Assembly (NCBI RefSeq): GCF_002075285.3
Contig: NZ_CP021983.2
Span: 2,910,001 to 2,942,000 of the forward strand
From: Halomicronema hongdechloris C2206
GTDB taxonomy: Bacteria; Cyanobacteriota; Cyanobacteriia; Phormidesmidales; Phormidesmidaceae
DNA length: 32,000 nucleotides
Reading direction: 5' to 3'
Shown: positions 1 through 7,877 of the stretch, piece by piece
Position numbering within the stretch: position 1 is the first letter of the stretch
Layout: each line of letters begins with the position of its first letter
Program-made: the position numbers and the translations under genes
Notes under the pieces: generated by a model
What the model saw: only the letters and a program-made list of their open reading frames with translations
Told to the model about the DNA's origin: nothing
The model's database searches: none

Positions 1-423
1 TTCTAGGGGGGTGCCATCGATGTAGACCGCGCCGTTTTGGACGGTGACGGTTTCCCCCGGCAGCCCAATCACCCGCTTGATGAAGGCGTCGCGACGGTGC
101 CCCGGTGGGGATACTCCCTCCGGTGGCCAAAATACGACGATATCGCCGCGCTCAGGCGCCTCGAAGTAGTAGCTGATTTTCTCCACCACCAGCCGATCAT
201 TGACCTGCAGGGTCGGTTCCATGGACCCTGAGGGAATATAGCGGGCTTCGGCGACGAAGTGGCGAATCCCTAGCGCTAAGACGATGCTTAGGCCAATGGT
301 TTGGAGCCCTTCAACCCACGGATTAGGACGATTGGCTTCAGGAGTAGGATGTTTCCGAGAATGGTCAACAGGAGAAGAATCGAACTTATCAGGCACGGGC
401 AGAACTCCGAAATGCGATCGCAC
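1..423 (-). CDS. lepB: Signal peptidase I (S26 family), C-terminus runs off the window
   Basis: Own translation of the minus strand (frame ending at nt 1): ...SRKHPTPEANRPNPWVEGLQTIGLSIVLALGIRHFVAEARYIPSGSMEPTLQVNDRLVVEKISYYFEAPERGDIVVFWPPEGVSPPGHRRDAFIKRVIGLPGETVTVQNGAVYIDGTPLE. It has the SGSMxPTL catalytic-Ser box and the GDIVVF and KRVIGLPGE boxes of LepB. It is absent from the ORF track because it has no stop in the window. The start at GTG 421-423 is tentative. Confidence 0.85.
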   Translation of the reverse strand, partial: MRSHFGVLPVPDKFDSSPVDHSRKHPTPEANRPNPWVEGLQTIGLSIVLALGIRHFVAEARYIPSGSMEPTLQVNDRLVVEKISYYFEAPERGDIVVFWPPEGVSPPGHRRDAFIKRVIGLPGETVTVQNGAVYIDGTPLE

Positions 424-484
424 ACCAAGTTGAGTGACTCGATCATAGTAAATTTAACCTGAAGACGGGAGTAGGATTTCCGCC

Positions 485-697
485 ATGGGCCTGATGATTC
501 GTAACGCGCGCATACTGCTGGCGTCAGGGGAGATGCAGCCGGGGGATGTGCGCCTGGAGGGAGCCCAGATCGTAGCGGTAGGGCAGCCCTGTCCCCAACC
601 ACTCCAGACTTGCCGGAAATCGAGGCCACCGGCCTCACCCTGCTGCCGGGGGTGATCGATCCCCAGGTGCATTGTCGCGAACCGGGGCTGGAGCATA
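485..697 (+). pseudogene. Dihydroorotase-type amidohydrolase N-terminal fragment, frameshifted and 3'-truncated
   Basis: ATG 485 gives MGLMIRNARILLASGEMQPGDVRLEGAQIVAVGQPCPQPLQT. After a 1-nt frame change near 600-610 it continues PEIEATGLTLLPGVIDPQVHCREPGLEH, the N-terminal 'LPGxIDxHVH.REPG' box of dihydroorotases. Similarity stops at ~697, where an opposite-strand GST fragment begins. Confidence 0.6.
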
Positions 698-839
698 GGT
701 ATTCCACCATCAGGGTGGAATCCCAGAAAATCAGCCCGTTTTCATCCACCAGTACCGGAATTTTGCCGATGGGGTTGAGTTGCAGAAACTCGGGAGACGT
801 CTGCTTGATGTTGGTGTCTAGACTCTGTATGAAGGCCAT
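696..839 (-). pseudogene. Glutathione S-transferase N-terminal-domain fragment
   Basis: The first 48 aa of the 288..839 ORF are MAFIQSLDTNIKQTSPEFLQLNPIGKIPVLVDENGLIFWDSTLMVEYL, the GST_N 'LNP.GKVPVL..dg..l.eS.aI..YL' pattern. The first beta-strand and the whole C-terminal domain are missing. The rest of that ORF is antisense of the dihydroorotase fragment and of lepB. Confidence 0.5.
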
Positions 840-840
840 A

Positions 841-871
841 AGAAAAGCCCATGGGGAATTTCCATGGGCTT
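841..871 (-). terminator. Rho-independent terminator candidate downstream of the 928..1287 gene
   Basis: Perfect 10-bp stem AAGCCCATGG / CCATGGGCTT (845-854 / 862-871) with a 7-nt loop. Read on the minus strand, it is followed by TTTCTTAT. Confidence 0.55.
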
Positions 872-927
872 GGTGATTGATAACCTCAATAACGTCTTCG
901 CTTTTAAGGGGGAAGGGGTAAATAACC

Positions 928-1287
928 CTAAGCGCTGCGGCGGTGGGAACGCTTATATTCCGACTTCTTCTTGTAGCCGATGGCCTGGACTTCGTCGCTG
1001 TTGGGGCCGAACTGCCCCCGCACCGACTCTTTCATGGCCATGACGGCATCGTGGAACTCCACTTCCGCCTGGCGGGCGGCATCGGCGGCGGCCTTGGTCT
1101 TGGCGATCAGCTCGGTTTCTTGGCGCTGCTTAGCCACCATGGCCTCGTAGGCGGCCTTCAGGGCTTCCGGGGTGGCTTCATTGCGGACGGGGATGTAGTC
1201 GGAGATGGTGCCGAGACCGTGGAAGGAATCGATGTCGGCACTGACGGTTTTGGTCGATACCCGGCGGGAAAAGTTAACAGTACTCAT
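928..1287 (-). CDS. Hypothetical helical/coiled-coil protein (119 aa)
   Basis: The internal ATG at 1285-1287 of the 928..1494 ORF gives MSTVNFSRRVSTKTVSADIDSF... The 69 codons upstream are Pro/Arg/Cys-rich and look non-coding. The middle is Ala/Glu/Lys-rich (AYEAMVAKQRQETELIAKTKAAADAARQAEVEFHDAVMAMKE). A hairpin terminator follows. I recognise no family. Confidence 0.65.
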   Translation of the reverse strand: MSTVNFSRRVSTKTVSADIDSFHGLGTISDYIPVRNEATPEALKAAYEAMVAKQRQETELIAKTKAAADAARQAEVEFHDAVMAMKESVRGQFGPNSDEVQAIGYKKKSEYKRSHRRSA

Positions 1288-1650
1288 GGGTCGCAAGTCT
1301 CCAAAAAATGAGTAGATGCGGAAGCGTGACCATCTGCAGGGACTGAATCGCCGTTGGGGATACCGGCTCACCCCATCTAGAGCTGAGGCGTGACCCGAGG
1401 GGAGGCTGTAGCGTCTAGCTAGGATGATGAAAAAGATGCAATCGCTGCAGATAAGACCGAGACACCGGGGAGGGCTGGGCGGCGGTTGTCTCATCTATGG
1501 GTAGATTGCCCACAGCGACAAAAAACGCACAGGGGATCGACACTATGTAGAAACCTATGGATCATTCGCCGTCGCCATGGGCCGCTAGGCGTTGGGTTTC
1601 GTCCCTCAACCGCAACCTACAATGCACTCATTTTATTTGTGGCAACCTCC

Positions 1651-2298
1651 TTAGTCGCCATGGGCCGCTAGCACCCGCCGCGCCGTCGCTGCATAGGCTG
1701 CGACGCGAGGAATCCCTGGAAACTCCTGGGAGATTGCCAGCACTTCTCGGGCCAAGGCCGTGGAGGTCTGCCGCTCCGGCACCGCCTGCAGATAAAAAAT
1801 ACTCAGGTTAAGCAGGGTCATGGCCACATCGGGCAAATAGGCCCGCGGATTCTCCTGGGCTAACTGGCGTCTAATCCCCAAGGCTTCTTCATAGCTGGCC
1901 TGGGCGGCGCTGAGTTGATTTTGATCCGCTTGCAAAATCGCCAAATTGTTCAGGGTCATGGCCACATCGGGCAAATAGGCCCGCGGATTCTCCTGGGCTA
2001 ACTGGCGATGGCTCGTCAGTACCTCTGAATAGAGGACAGTGGCTGGCTCGAAACAGTTGTGGTTCTGTAAGAACACCGCATACTCGAACAGAGCCGTCGG
2101 GGTGCGGGCCGCCTCTAGGGCGGTGTCGAAATACTCACAGGCCTGTTCAAAGCGCTGAGGCTGGTCGTAGAAGGTGGTCCAGAGGCGGGCCTTGACTAGA
2201 TACTCATCGGCGATTTGGTGGCGGCTGCGGGCAATCTCGGCTTTTTCCTGGTCCAGTTGCTGATCTCGTTCCAGCAGGCGGCTCAGGTCCTGGGCCAT
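1651..2298 (-). CDS. TPR-repeat protein; 3' part of a longer reading frame (1651..2631) interrupted by an in-frame TAG
   Basis: It carries two near-identical TPR-type helices (RQLAQENPRAYLPDVAMTLNNLAILQ / RQLAQENPRAYLPDVAMTLLNLSIFY) with 34-aa-like A/L/Y periodicity. My translation shows the same frame is open from ATG 2629-2631 down to 1651, apart from one TAG at 2557-2559. There is no ATG/GTG/TTG between that TAG and 2298. Confidence 0.7.
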   Translation of the reverse strand: MAQDLSRLLERDQQLDQEKAEIARSRHQIADEYLVKARLWTTFYDQPQRFEQACEYFDTALEAARTPTALFEYAVFLQNHNCFEPATVLYSEVLTSHRQLAQENPRAYLPDVAMTLNNLAILQADQNQLSAAQASYEEALGIRRQLAQENPRAYLPDVAMTLLNLSIFYLQAVPERQTSTALAREVLAISQEFPGIPRVAAYAATARRVLAAHGD

Positions 2299-2633
2299 CT
2301 CGGTGGTGTTTAAGATGGCATCGGCTTCGCGAAATTGCCCCTGGTCGAAGTAGGCCTTGGCTTGGGCCAGGCGTTCGGTGTCGATCTCAATGCGAGTAAA
2401 GGTCTCGTATAACCGGAAGACGTTTTCCTTAAAGCTCTCTAGCTGCTGCTCCAGGTCTTGCAGGGCGGCCCCGGCCTTAAGGGCCTGCTCCGGTTTGCCG
2501 GTGGCTTGGTAGTACTCAATCAGCTCCTGCTTTTCGGCAATCCGCCTGACCAGGTCCTAATAGTCCAGGGACTGATAGACGAATTGGGCATTCTCAATGG
2601 TGCCGATATGGTAGGTCTTGGTGTCCCCCATGA

Positions 2634-3284
2634 TCACTCAAACCTTGCACTATCAATCTTGTCGATGTTGTAGGTCTTGGAGCTGTCGTTGATGCTGCTG
2701 CCCTGGATGTCTTGGTAAACCTTGTTGCCGTCGCCGGTGACCGTTGCCGTGGGGCCAGGTCGCGCCTCTGAACCAGCCGTTTCATCCACCGTTGGACTCA
2801 GGTGGATGAACCCGTTAGCGGCCAGCTTCTCTAGCTGATTGCCGAAATGCTCCCGCAGCCCCTCGATGGTGTGATATTCCGTCTTGTAGTGCTGCAGCTC
2901 TTTCAAGGTGTCTTCGAAGGCCCAGAGGCTTTGCAGCTCTTCTCGATTCGTGGTGGTGGGCGGCGTCTTGAAGTAGGTGAAGATAAAGGGCTTCTGGGTG
3001 GCTGAGAACTGACCGAAGGCCTGACGGAACTCCTCTGCCGTGTACTTGCCCACCTTGTTGTAGGCCAGCAGCACGAAGAGGTCGCAGCTGCGGATGGCCC
3101 GGTTATATTCGCTCTGCAGGCCCCCAGGGGCCATGGCGTCTAGGAAGTCTTCCCAGATGTCGAGGTGCAAGAAGATGCCGCGATCGAACCAGGCTTTGCA
3201 CCTGCGATAGATGAAGATCTCAAACTGTTCTCGGTCTGCTTTCAGCTCCGATGAGGAGGCCAAGAATAGGGTGATTTTTTGCAT
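2634..3284 (-). CDS. TIR-like / DUF4062-like (flavodoxin-fold STIR-type) domain protein with low-complexity C-terminal linker
   Basis: MQKITLFLASSSELKADREQFEIFIYRR...GIFLHLDIWEDFLDAMAPGGLQSEYNRAIRSCDLFVLLAYNKVGKYTAEEF...KPFIFTYFK. This is the beta-alpha-beta pattern (hydrophobic strand + SS/T, acidic helix, 'CD-hydrophobic4' strand) of TIR-like N-terminal modules fused to TPR/STAND proteins in cyanobacteria. The assignment is by motif memory, not by search. Confidence 0.6.
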   Translation of the reverse strand: MQKITLFLASSSELKADREQFEIFIYRRCKAWFDRGIFLHLDIWEDFLDAMAPGGLQSEYNRAIRSCDLFVLLAYNKVGKYTAEEFRQAFGQFSATQKPFIFTYFKTPPTTTNREELQSLWAFEDTLKELQHYKTEYHTIEGLREHFGNQLEKLAANGFIHLSPTVDETAGSEARPGPTATVTGDGNKVYQDIQGSSINDSSKTYNIDKIDSARFE

Positions 3285-3337
3285 GGGCCAAGGGGGGGCA
3301 TGGCAATGCCTCCGTTACAACCCATGAGTAGCGTTGA

Positions 3338-3374
3338 GCGTTGCCCGGAATGACGAGATGTGTTTTCGCGGTAG
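3338..3374. repeat. Partial copy of the MITE-like element right arm seen at 7461-7500
   Basis: gcgttgcccggaatgacg...ttcgcggtag compared with gcgcttgcccggaatgacgg...cttgcggtag at 7461-7500. Confidence 0.5.
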
Positions 3375-3599
3375 CCCGGAGCGTAGGTCACTCACGGGCA
3401 CGATATGACAATTTGCAGCGGCGGAAACGATCTGCGCTCCGGGCTCTGAGAGATCAAGTCTTCGGAACGGTGAAGTTGTGCGTCGGCAGAGCACCTTGAA
3501 TAGCAATCAATCACCTTTGTGCCGTCTACACCAACACAGTGTTAGACCTTTCCGCCGTCACTAACTATGATTTGTAGAGACAACTCTAGGAATTGAGGC

Positions 3600-4790
3600 A
3601 TGGATGATCAGGCGCTATCAGCGCTTCTTAGGGATCTTGAATCTGATAGGGTAGAGCGCAAAGCCTCAAATTCAGATGGGAAGAAAATAAGGCAAGCAAT
3701 TTGCGCTTTTGCCAACGACCTGCCGAACCATAAACAACCAGGCGTTCTGTTCATAGGAGTCAATGACGACGGCACCTGCGCTAATCTGCGTATCACAGAT
3801 GACCTTTTACTAAATCTATCCAGCATACGTTCTGAGGGAAAAATTCTCCCCTTTCCTGTCTTGCAGGTAAATAAGCGAGTGATTGATGATTGTGAGATGG
3901 CTGTGATTATCGTAGAGCCCTCAGATGCTCCTCCAGTTAGATTTGATGGGCGTACCTACATACGAGTTGGCCCTAGACGTGCAATAGCTACACCTGAAGA
4001 GGAACGCCGACTAAACGAGAAAAGACGTGCAAGAGACTTACCGTTTGATTTACGCCCTTTTGTTTCTGCCACTATCAAGGATCTAAACTTAGAGGGATTC
4101 CAGCGTGAGTACTTAGCATCCGCACTTGCACCCGATGTGTTAGAGGAAAATCAAAGATCTATAGAGCAAAAGCTTATCTCCCTAAGATTTATGACACCAG
4201 AGCCAAGTGCTTATCCGACCAGCTTAGGGATCTTGGTTGCAGGAAAAGATCCACGACAATTTGTGCCAGGGTTTTATATACAGTTTGTTCGCTTTGATGG
4301 TGTGGACTTGACTGCCCCTATTCGGGATCAGAAGGATATCAGCGGTAGCCTGATGGACCTGTTACGTTACATGGATGAAGTATTACAAGCCAATATTTCA
4401 ACGGCCACTGACATCAAAACGCAGTCTGTTGAAATACAACAGCCAGATTATCCAATTACTGCCTTGCAGCAACTTGTACGTAATGCAGTCATGCATCGCT
4501 CCTATGAAGAAACACATGCTCCGGTGCGAGTCTATTGGTTTCAGGATCGAATAGAGATCCAAAGTCCAGGTGGTTTGTTTGGACAAGTAAATCGACGTAA
4601 TTTTGGTCAAGGTGTTACTGACTACCGTAATCCTCATTTAGCAGAAGCTATGAAGAATCTTGGCTATGTTCAGCGTTTTGGGATTGGCATACCCACAGCC
4701 CAGAAGGAACTGAAAAAGAATGGGAATCCACCCGCAGAATTTATTATTGAAGATTCATATATTTTGGTCATGGTTAGGAGGAAACAGTGA
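3600..4790 (+). CDS. AlbA_2 (Schlafen-like) N-terminal domain + HATPase_c_4-like C-terminal domain protein ('ATP-binding / putative DNA- or RNA-binding protein')
   Basis: The N-terminus LESDRVERKAS...IRQAICAFANDLPNHKQPGVLFIGVNDDGT is the 'E.ktlEfK...i.ktivAFANt.GG.l.iGV.d.G' AlbA_2 signature. The C-terminus has LVRNAVMHRSYEETHAPVRVYWFQDRIEIQSPGGL...YRNPHLAEAMKNLGYVQRFGIGI, the HATPase_c_4-type 'NA..HRdY......i.i....drieI.nPG' box. Sampled lines give lower GC (35-43%) than the flanks. Confidence 0.8.
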   Translation: MDDQALSALLRDLESDRVERKASNSDGKKIRQAICAFANDLPNHKQPGVLFIGVNDDGTCANLRITDDLLLNLSSIRSEGKILPFPVLQVNKRVIDDCEMAVIIVEPSDAPPVRFDGRTYIRVGPRRAIATPEEERRLNEKRRARDLPFDLRPFVSATIKDLNLEGFQREYLASALAPDVLEENQRSIEQKLISLRFMTPEPSAYPTSLGILVAGKDPRQFVPGFYIQFVRFDGVDLTAPIRDQKDISGSLMDLLRYMDEVLQANISTATDIKTQSVEIQQPDYPITALQQLVRNAVMHRSYEETHAPVRVYWFQDRIEIQSPGGLFGQVNRRNFGQGVTDYRNPHLAEAMKNLGYVQRFGIGIPTAQKELKKNGNPPAEFIIEDSYILVMVRRKQ

Positions 4791-5800
4791 GCGCGCCGAT
4801 CATTGCTTTCTTTAACAATAAAGGAGGTGTCGGAAAAACATCTCTTGTTTATCATTTAGCTTGGATGTATTTTGACTTAGGTCTTCGGGTTTTAGCCGCA
4901 GATTTAGATCCTCAGGCGAACTTAACATCGGCTTTTTTAGATGAGGACCGCCTAGAACAGGTTTGGGAAGAGGAACAGGGTTTTAACACTGTTTTTCGGT
5001 GTGTTAGGCCTTTGCTCAGGGGAATCGGTGATCTTGCAAATCCAGAATTAGAATCAATAGATGACGGATTAAATCTTTTGATTGGTGACTTGCAGCTTTC
5101 TGGATTTGAAGATGAGTTATCATCTCAATGGCCAGACTGTCTAGACGGAAAGGAAAGAGCATTCAGAGTAATCTCTGCCTTCTGGAGGCTCCTATCCAAG
5201 GCTTCGGCAAGCAGCAAGGCAGACATTGTTCTGATAGATCTTGGACCCAACTTGGGTGCCATTAACAGAGCCGCTCTGATATCTGCAGATTATGTCGTTG
5301 TTCCGCTTTCACCCGATCTATTCTCATTGCAAGGGCTGAAGAACCTAGGACCTACTTTGAGACGGTGGCGAGAGGAATGGAAGGAGCGGATTCCTAAAAA
5401 TCCTGCTCCAGACCTCATGTTACCTGCAGGAAATATGCAGCCTATTGGATATGTGATTCTGCAGCACGGAGTTCGATTCGATCGACCGGTGAAAGCTTTT
5501 CAGAGATGGGTAGAAAGAATTCCAAATGTCTATCACTCTGATGTTGTTTACACAGAAAATGATAATGTTATTGATTTATCAAAAGACTCCAGCCGTTTGG
5601 CACTAATTAAGCACTATCAGAGCCTCATGCCGATGGCTCAAGCCTCTCGCAAACCAATTTTTCACCTGAAACCTGCGGATGGAGCCATTGGCGCTCATGT
5701 GGCAGCGGTTCAGAATGTATATTGGGATTTTAGAGAGTTAGCTCAGAAAATAGCCATCCGTGTTGGGGTGGACATACCTAGTACCGAAAGGCAGAAGTGA
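4787..5800 (+). CDS. ParA/MinD-superfamily ATPase with extended C-terminal region (337 aa)
   Basis: It has the deviant Walker A FFNNKGGVGKTSLVYHLA, then AADLDPQANLT and IVLIDLGPNL (Walker B-like). Its GTG start at 4787 overlaps the upstream TGA (GTGA), and AGGAGG at 4775-4780 lies 6 nt upstream. Confidence 0.85.
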   Translation: MSAPIIAFFNNKGGVGKTSLVYHLAWMYFDLGLRVLAADLDPQANLTSAFLDEDRLEQVWEEEQGFNTVFRCVRPLLRGIGDLANPELESIDDGLNLLIGDLQLSGFEDELSSQWPDCLDGKERAFRVISAFWRLLSKASASSKADIVLIDLGPNLGAINRAALISADYVVVPLSPDLFSLQGLKNLGPTLRRWREEWKERIPKNPAPDLMLPAGNMQPIGYVILQHGVRFDRPVKAFQRWVERIPNVYHSDVVYTENDNVIDLSKDSSRLALIKHYQSLMPMAQASRKPIFHLKPADGAIGAHVAAVQNVYWDFRELAQKIAIRVGVDIPSTERQK

Positions 5801-5906
5801 GAAGGCAGAAGGCAGAAAGGGAATTCCATGTCACATCAGGGTTTCTGCTTTAGCAAATAGGTGAGTTACTTATACCGCAAAGTACTAAGGCCTTGATCAA
5901 GAGTCT

Positions 5907-6473
5907 TTAACGAATTTGCAGCCAGCCAAAGAGCTTGCCGACGGTGAGGGATAGGGCGGCGGCAAAGGGAGGCACGGGCAGCACATCATCGGAGGACTCT
6001 AGAGAGGTGAGGCGTTTGTCGGGATCGTAGATTTGCACTAACCGTTCGCCAGGGTCGATGAGCCAGCCGAGCTGGCAACCGTGATCCAAACAATGGAGGA
6101 TGTTACTAGCAACGCGGGTGGAAGATTGATCCGGGCTCAGGATTTCGATAGTCCAGTCGGGATGAGCGCTGAAGGTGTTGGCGATGCTGCCGTCTTCATT
6201 AACGGGGAGGCGTGCCCACTGGAATACAGCAATATCGGGAACAATGGAGCGTCCACTAAACGTGCAGCGTAGTTCGGGCAGGGCTAGGGCAATCTGGTCA
6301 TCTTCTGTGGCGGTGTTGATAGCGCTCATTAGCTTCTGCTGTAGGCGACTATGCTGACCCTGGGGCATGGGTTTTTGGATGATCTGTCCATCGATATATT
6401 CGCGGGCAGGTTTGGTCTCTGGCTGTTGCAGAAACTCTTCCAGGGTGATGGATTGAACAGGCGTTTGCACCAT
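5907..6473 (-). CDS. Uma2-family (DUF820) restriction-endonuclease-fold protein
   Basis: ITLEEFLQQPETKPAREYIDGQIIQKPMPQGQHSRLQ...PDIAVF...PDWTIEILSPDQS...KILHCLDHGCQLGWLIDP is the typical Uma2 pattern. The start is taken at the internal ATG (MVQTP). Confidence 0.85.
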   Translation of the reverse strand: MVQTPVQSITLEEFLQQPETKPAREYIDGQIIQKPMPQGQHSRLQQKLMSAINTATEDDQIALALPELRCTFSGRSIVPDIAVFQWARLPVNEDGSIANTFSAHPDWTIEILSPDQSSTRVASNILHCLDHGCQLGWLIDPGERLVQIYDPDKRLTSLESSDDVLPVPPFAAALSLTVGKLFGWLQIR

Positions 6474-6617
6474 CTGCCATTCCCGTCGGCTGGGTACATC
6501 AAATCCTAGATTCAATTTACAGCGTTTTTGAGGCTAGTGGGGTGCACGGATGACCATGAAACCCCTGATATCAGGAGGTAGGCTGTACCTCACCCAGCCA
6601 GGAAATGCTGTAAGAGA

Positions 6618-6872
6618 TCAGGCGGTTGTTTGCTGGGGCAAAGTTTGAGCTAACTTGAGCAGGCCATCAATCGACAGGTCCTCGTCGATGGCAGGCCAGT
6701 GAATGCCATAACCAGAGGGGGAGACTTGATAGAGTTTGCGCTCGGCGTCCGAGGCATTTGCAAGGCGGCTGGAGGTTTGGGCAATGGGCAAACGGACAGT
6801 TTGATCATCGACGGTCAAGATCATCCAATGAGCTTCAAAATCGAGGCTTTGGACATTATGATGCTTATTCAT
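6618..6872 (-). CDS. DUF2442 domain protein
   Basis: HWMILTVDDQTVRLPIAQTSSRLANASDAERKLYQVSPSGYGIHWPAIDEDLSIDGLL is the DUF2442 C-terminal signature (G.GIHWP.lDEDlS..gLL). ATG 6870-6872 overlaps the upstream stop (ATGA). Confidence 0.8.
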   Translation of the reverse strand: MNKHHNVQSLDFEAHWMILTVDDQTVRLPIAQTSSRLANASDAERKLYQVSPSGYGIHWPAIDEDLSIDGLLKLAQTLPQQTTA

Positions 6873-7123
6873 GATTGGCTTCCAAAGTGAGTATTCCAAG
6901 CATCCACAATTTCATCGAAATGTTGCAAGATGATTTTGCGCACTTCACGAGTGTCGCGGCGGGACAATCTGTAGGCATAGGCTTCGCGGATATCGTACGA
7001 CTCCACGTCGAGCCAGTACTTACATTCTGAATCACCTTTTTGAGCATGAATGTGGATGGGTTCATTGCCTTCGTTAGAGTAAAAGTGAAATCGCCACCCT
7101 CTTAGATAAAGAACGGTCGGCAT
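6869..7123 (-). CDS. DUF4160 domain protein
   Basis: MPTVLYLRGWRFHFYSNEGNEPIHIHAQKGDSECKYWL is the DUF4160 N-terminal signature. It overlaps the DUF2442 partner by 4 nt, the usual two-gene arrangement. Confidence 0.8.
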   Translation of the reverse strand: MPTVLYLRGWRFHFYSNEGNEPIHIHAQKGDSECKYWLDVESYDIREAYAYRLSRRDTREVRKIILQHFDEIVDAWNTHFGSQS

Positions 7124-7380
7124 TAGGCTACTGTCTCCGCTACCGTATCTTCTCAAGACGTTCAGGAATTGGCGAGGTAACGATAAACCTCTTCTCGCTC
7201 CTGCTCTGATAATCGCGTAGACCTCGCCCTGAATTCTGGATCGTGCTGCGCTGGGGTTCCCCTCCATCCTCTAGCTCCCTTATGCCCTCCGGGCAGGCAA
7301 AGCCTACGACTCCGCTCAAGGCATGCTTCCTCCCACAAGGGGCGGAAGGAGAACAACGATCTGCTGAGTAGACCTGACTC

Positions 7381-7483
7381 CCGTCATTCCCGCGGCGGCA
7401 GGAATCCAGAGCGTTAACCTTGGCAAGGAAACAGAACGCTCTCTCTGAATTCGGGTGGCGCTGCGCTTGCCCGGAATGACGGG
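7381..7483. mobile_element. MITE-like ~100-bp hairpin element with terminal inverted repeats
   Basis: The ends are CCGTCATTCCCG... and ...CCCGGAATGACGG. Internal arms (ggaatccagag / ctctgaattc) also pair, so the whole unit folds into a long imperfect hairpin. Confidence 0.55.
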
Positions 7484-7527
7484 ACTCTCTCTTGCGGTAG
7501 GTTAGCTGCCTAAGAAAACTGCATTAT

Positions 7528-7610
7528 CGTCATTCCCGTTGCCGCGGGAATCCAGAGCGTCAACCTTGGCAAGGAAACAGAGCCCTCTGCCTGGATTCTG
7601 GGTCGCGTTA
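7528..7610. repeat. Second, right-end-degenerate copy of the MITE-like element
   Basis: cgtcattcccgttgccgcgggaatccagagcgtcaaccttggcaaggaaacaga matches 7382-7435 with a few substitutions. A third right-arm-like fragment (cctgaattctggatcgtgctgcgctgggg) lies at ~7228-7260. Confidence 0.5.
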
Positions 7611-7690
7611 CCCTTCCTCAGCGCTGCCACACCTTAGGTTTACCCTGCCGTCCTGAACCTCACCGTTGATGGCGGGGTCATTCACCGCGT

Positions 7691-7877
7691 CTGACCAAGT
7701 ATTTTATCTATGCAACTAACGATCTGCATTGATGGAATATTGATCTACAGCCTCTAACCAAGATTCCAGTCCATGCGACTAACGATCTGCATTGATGGAG
7801 TATTGGTTCACGGCCTCTAACCAAGTATTGCATCTATGTGATTAACGATCTGCATTGATGGAGTATTGGTTCACGGC
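7691..7877 (+). repeat. Three tandem copies of a 61-63-bp unit
   Basis: The units are 7691-7751, 7752-7814 and 7815-7877. The shared core is ct(c)taaccaag-N-taacgatctgcattgatgga(g/a)tattg(g/a)t(t/c)(c/t)ac(g/a)gc. Confidence 0.85.

Noticed and set aside
3285-3599. Checked the 315-nt gap, and the rest of the window, for tRNA/tmRNA-like structure as an island integration target
   Set aside because: There is no GGTTCGAATCC-type T-arm or its complement anywhere in the window. The gap contains only a MITE-arm fragment.
7691-7877. Possible CRISPR array (regular ~62-bp periodicity); the 126-bp periodic block at 26.1-27.3 kb was considered for the same reason
   Set aside because: The units are contiguous tandem repeats without unique spacers. 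No cas genes are present. The 126-bp block is protein-coding WD40.
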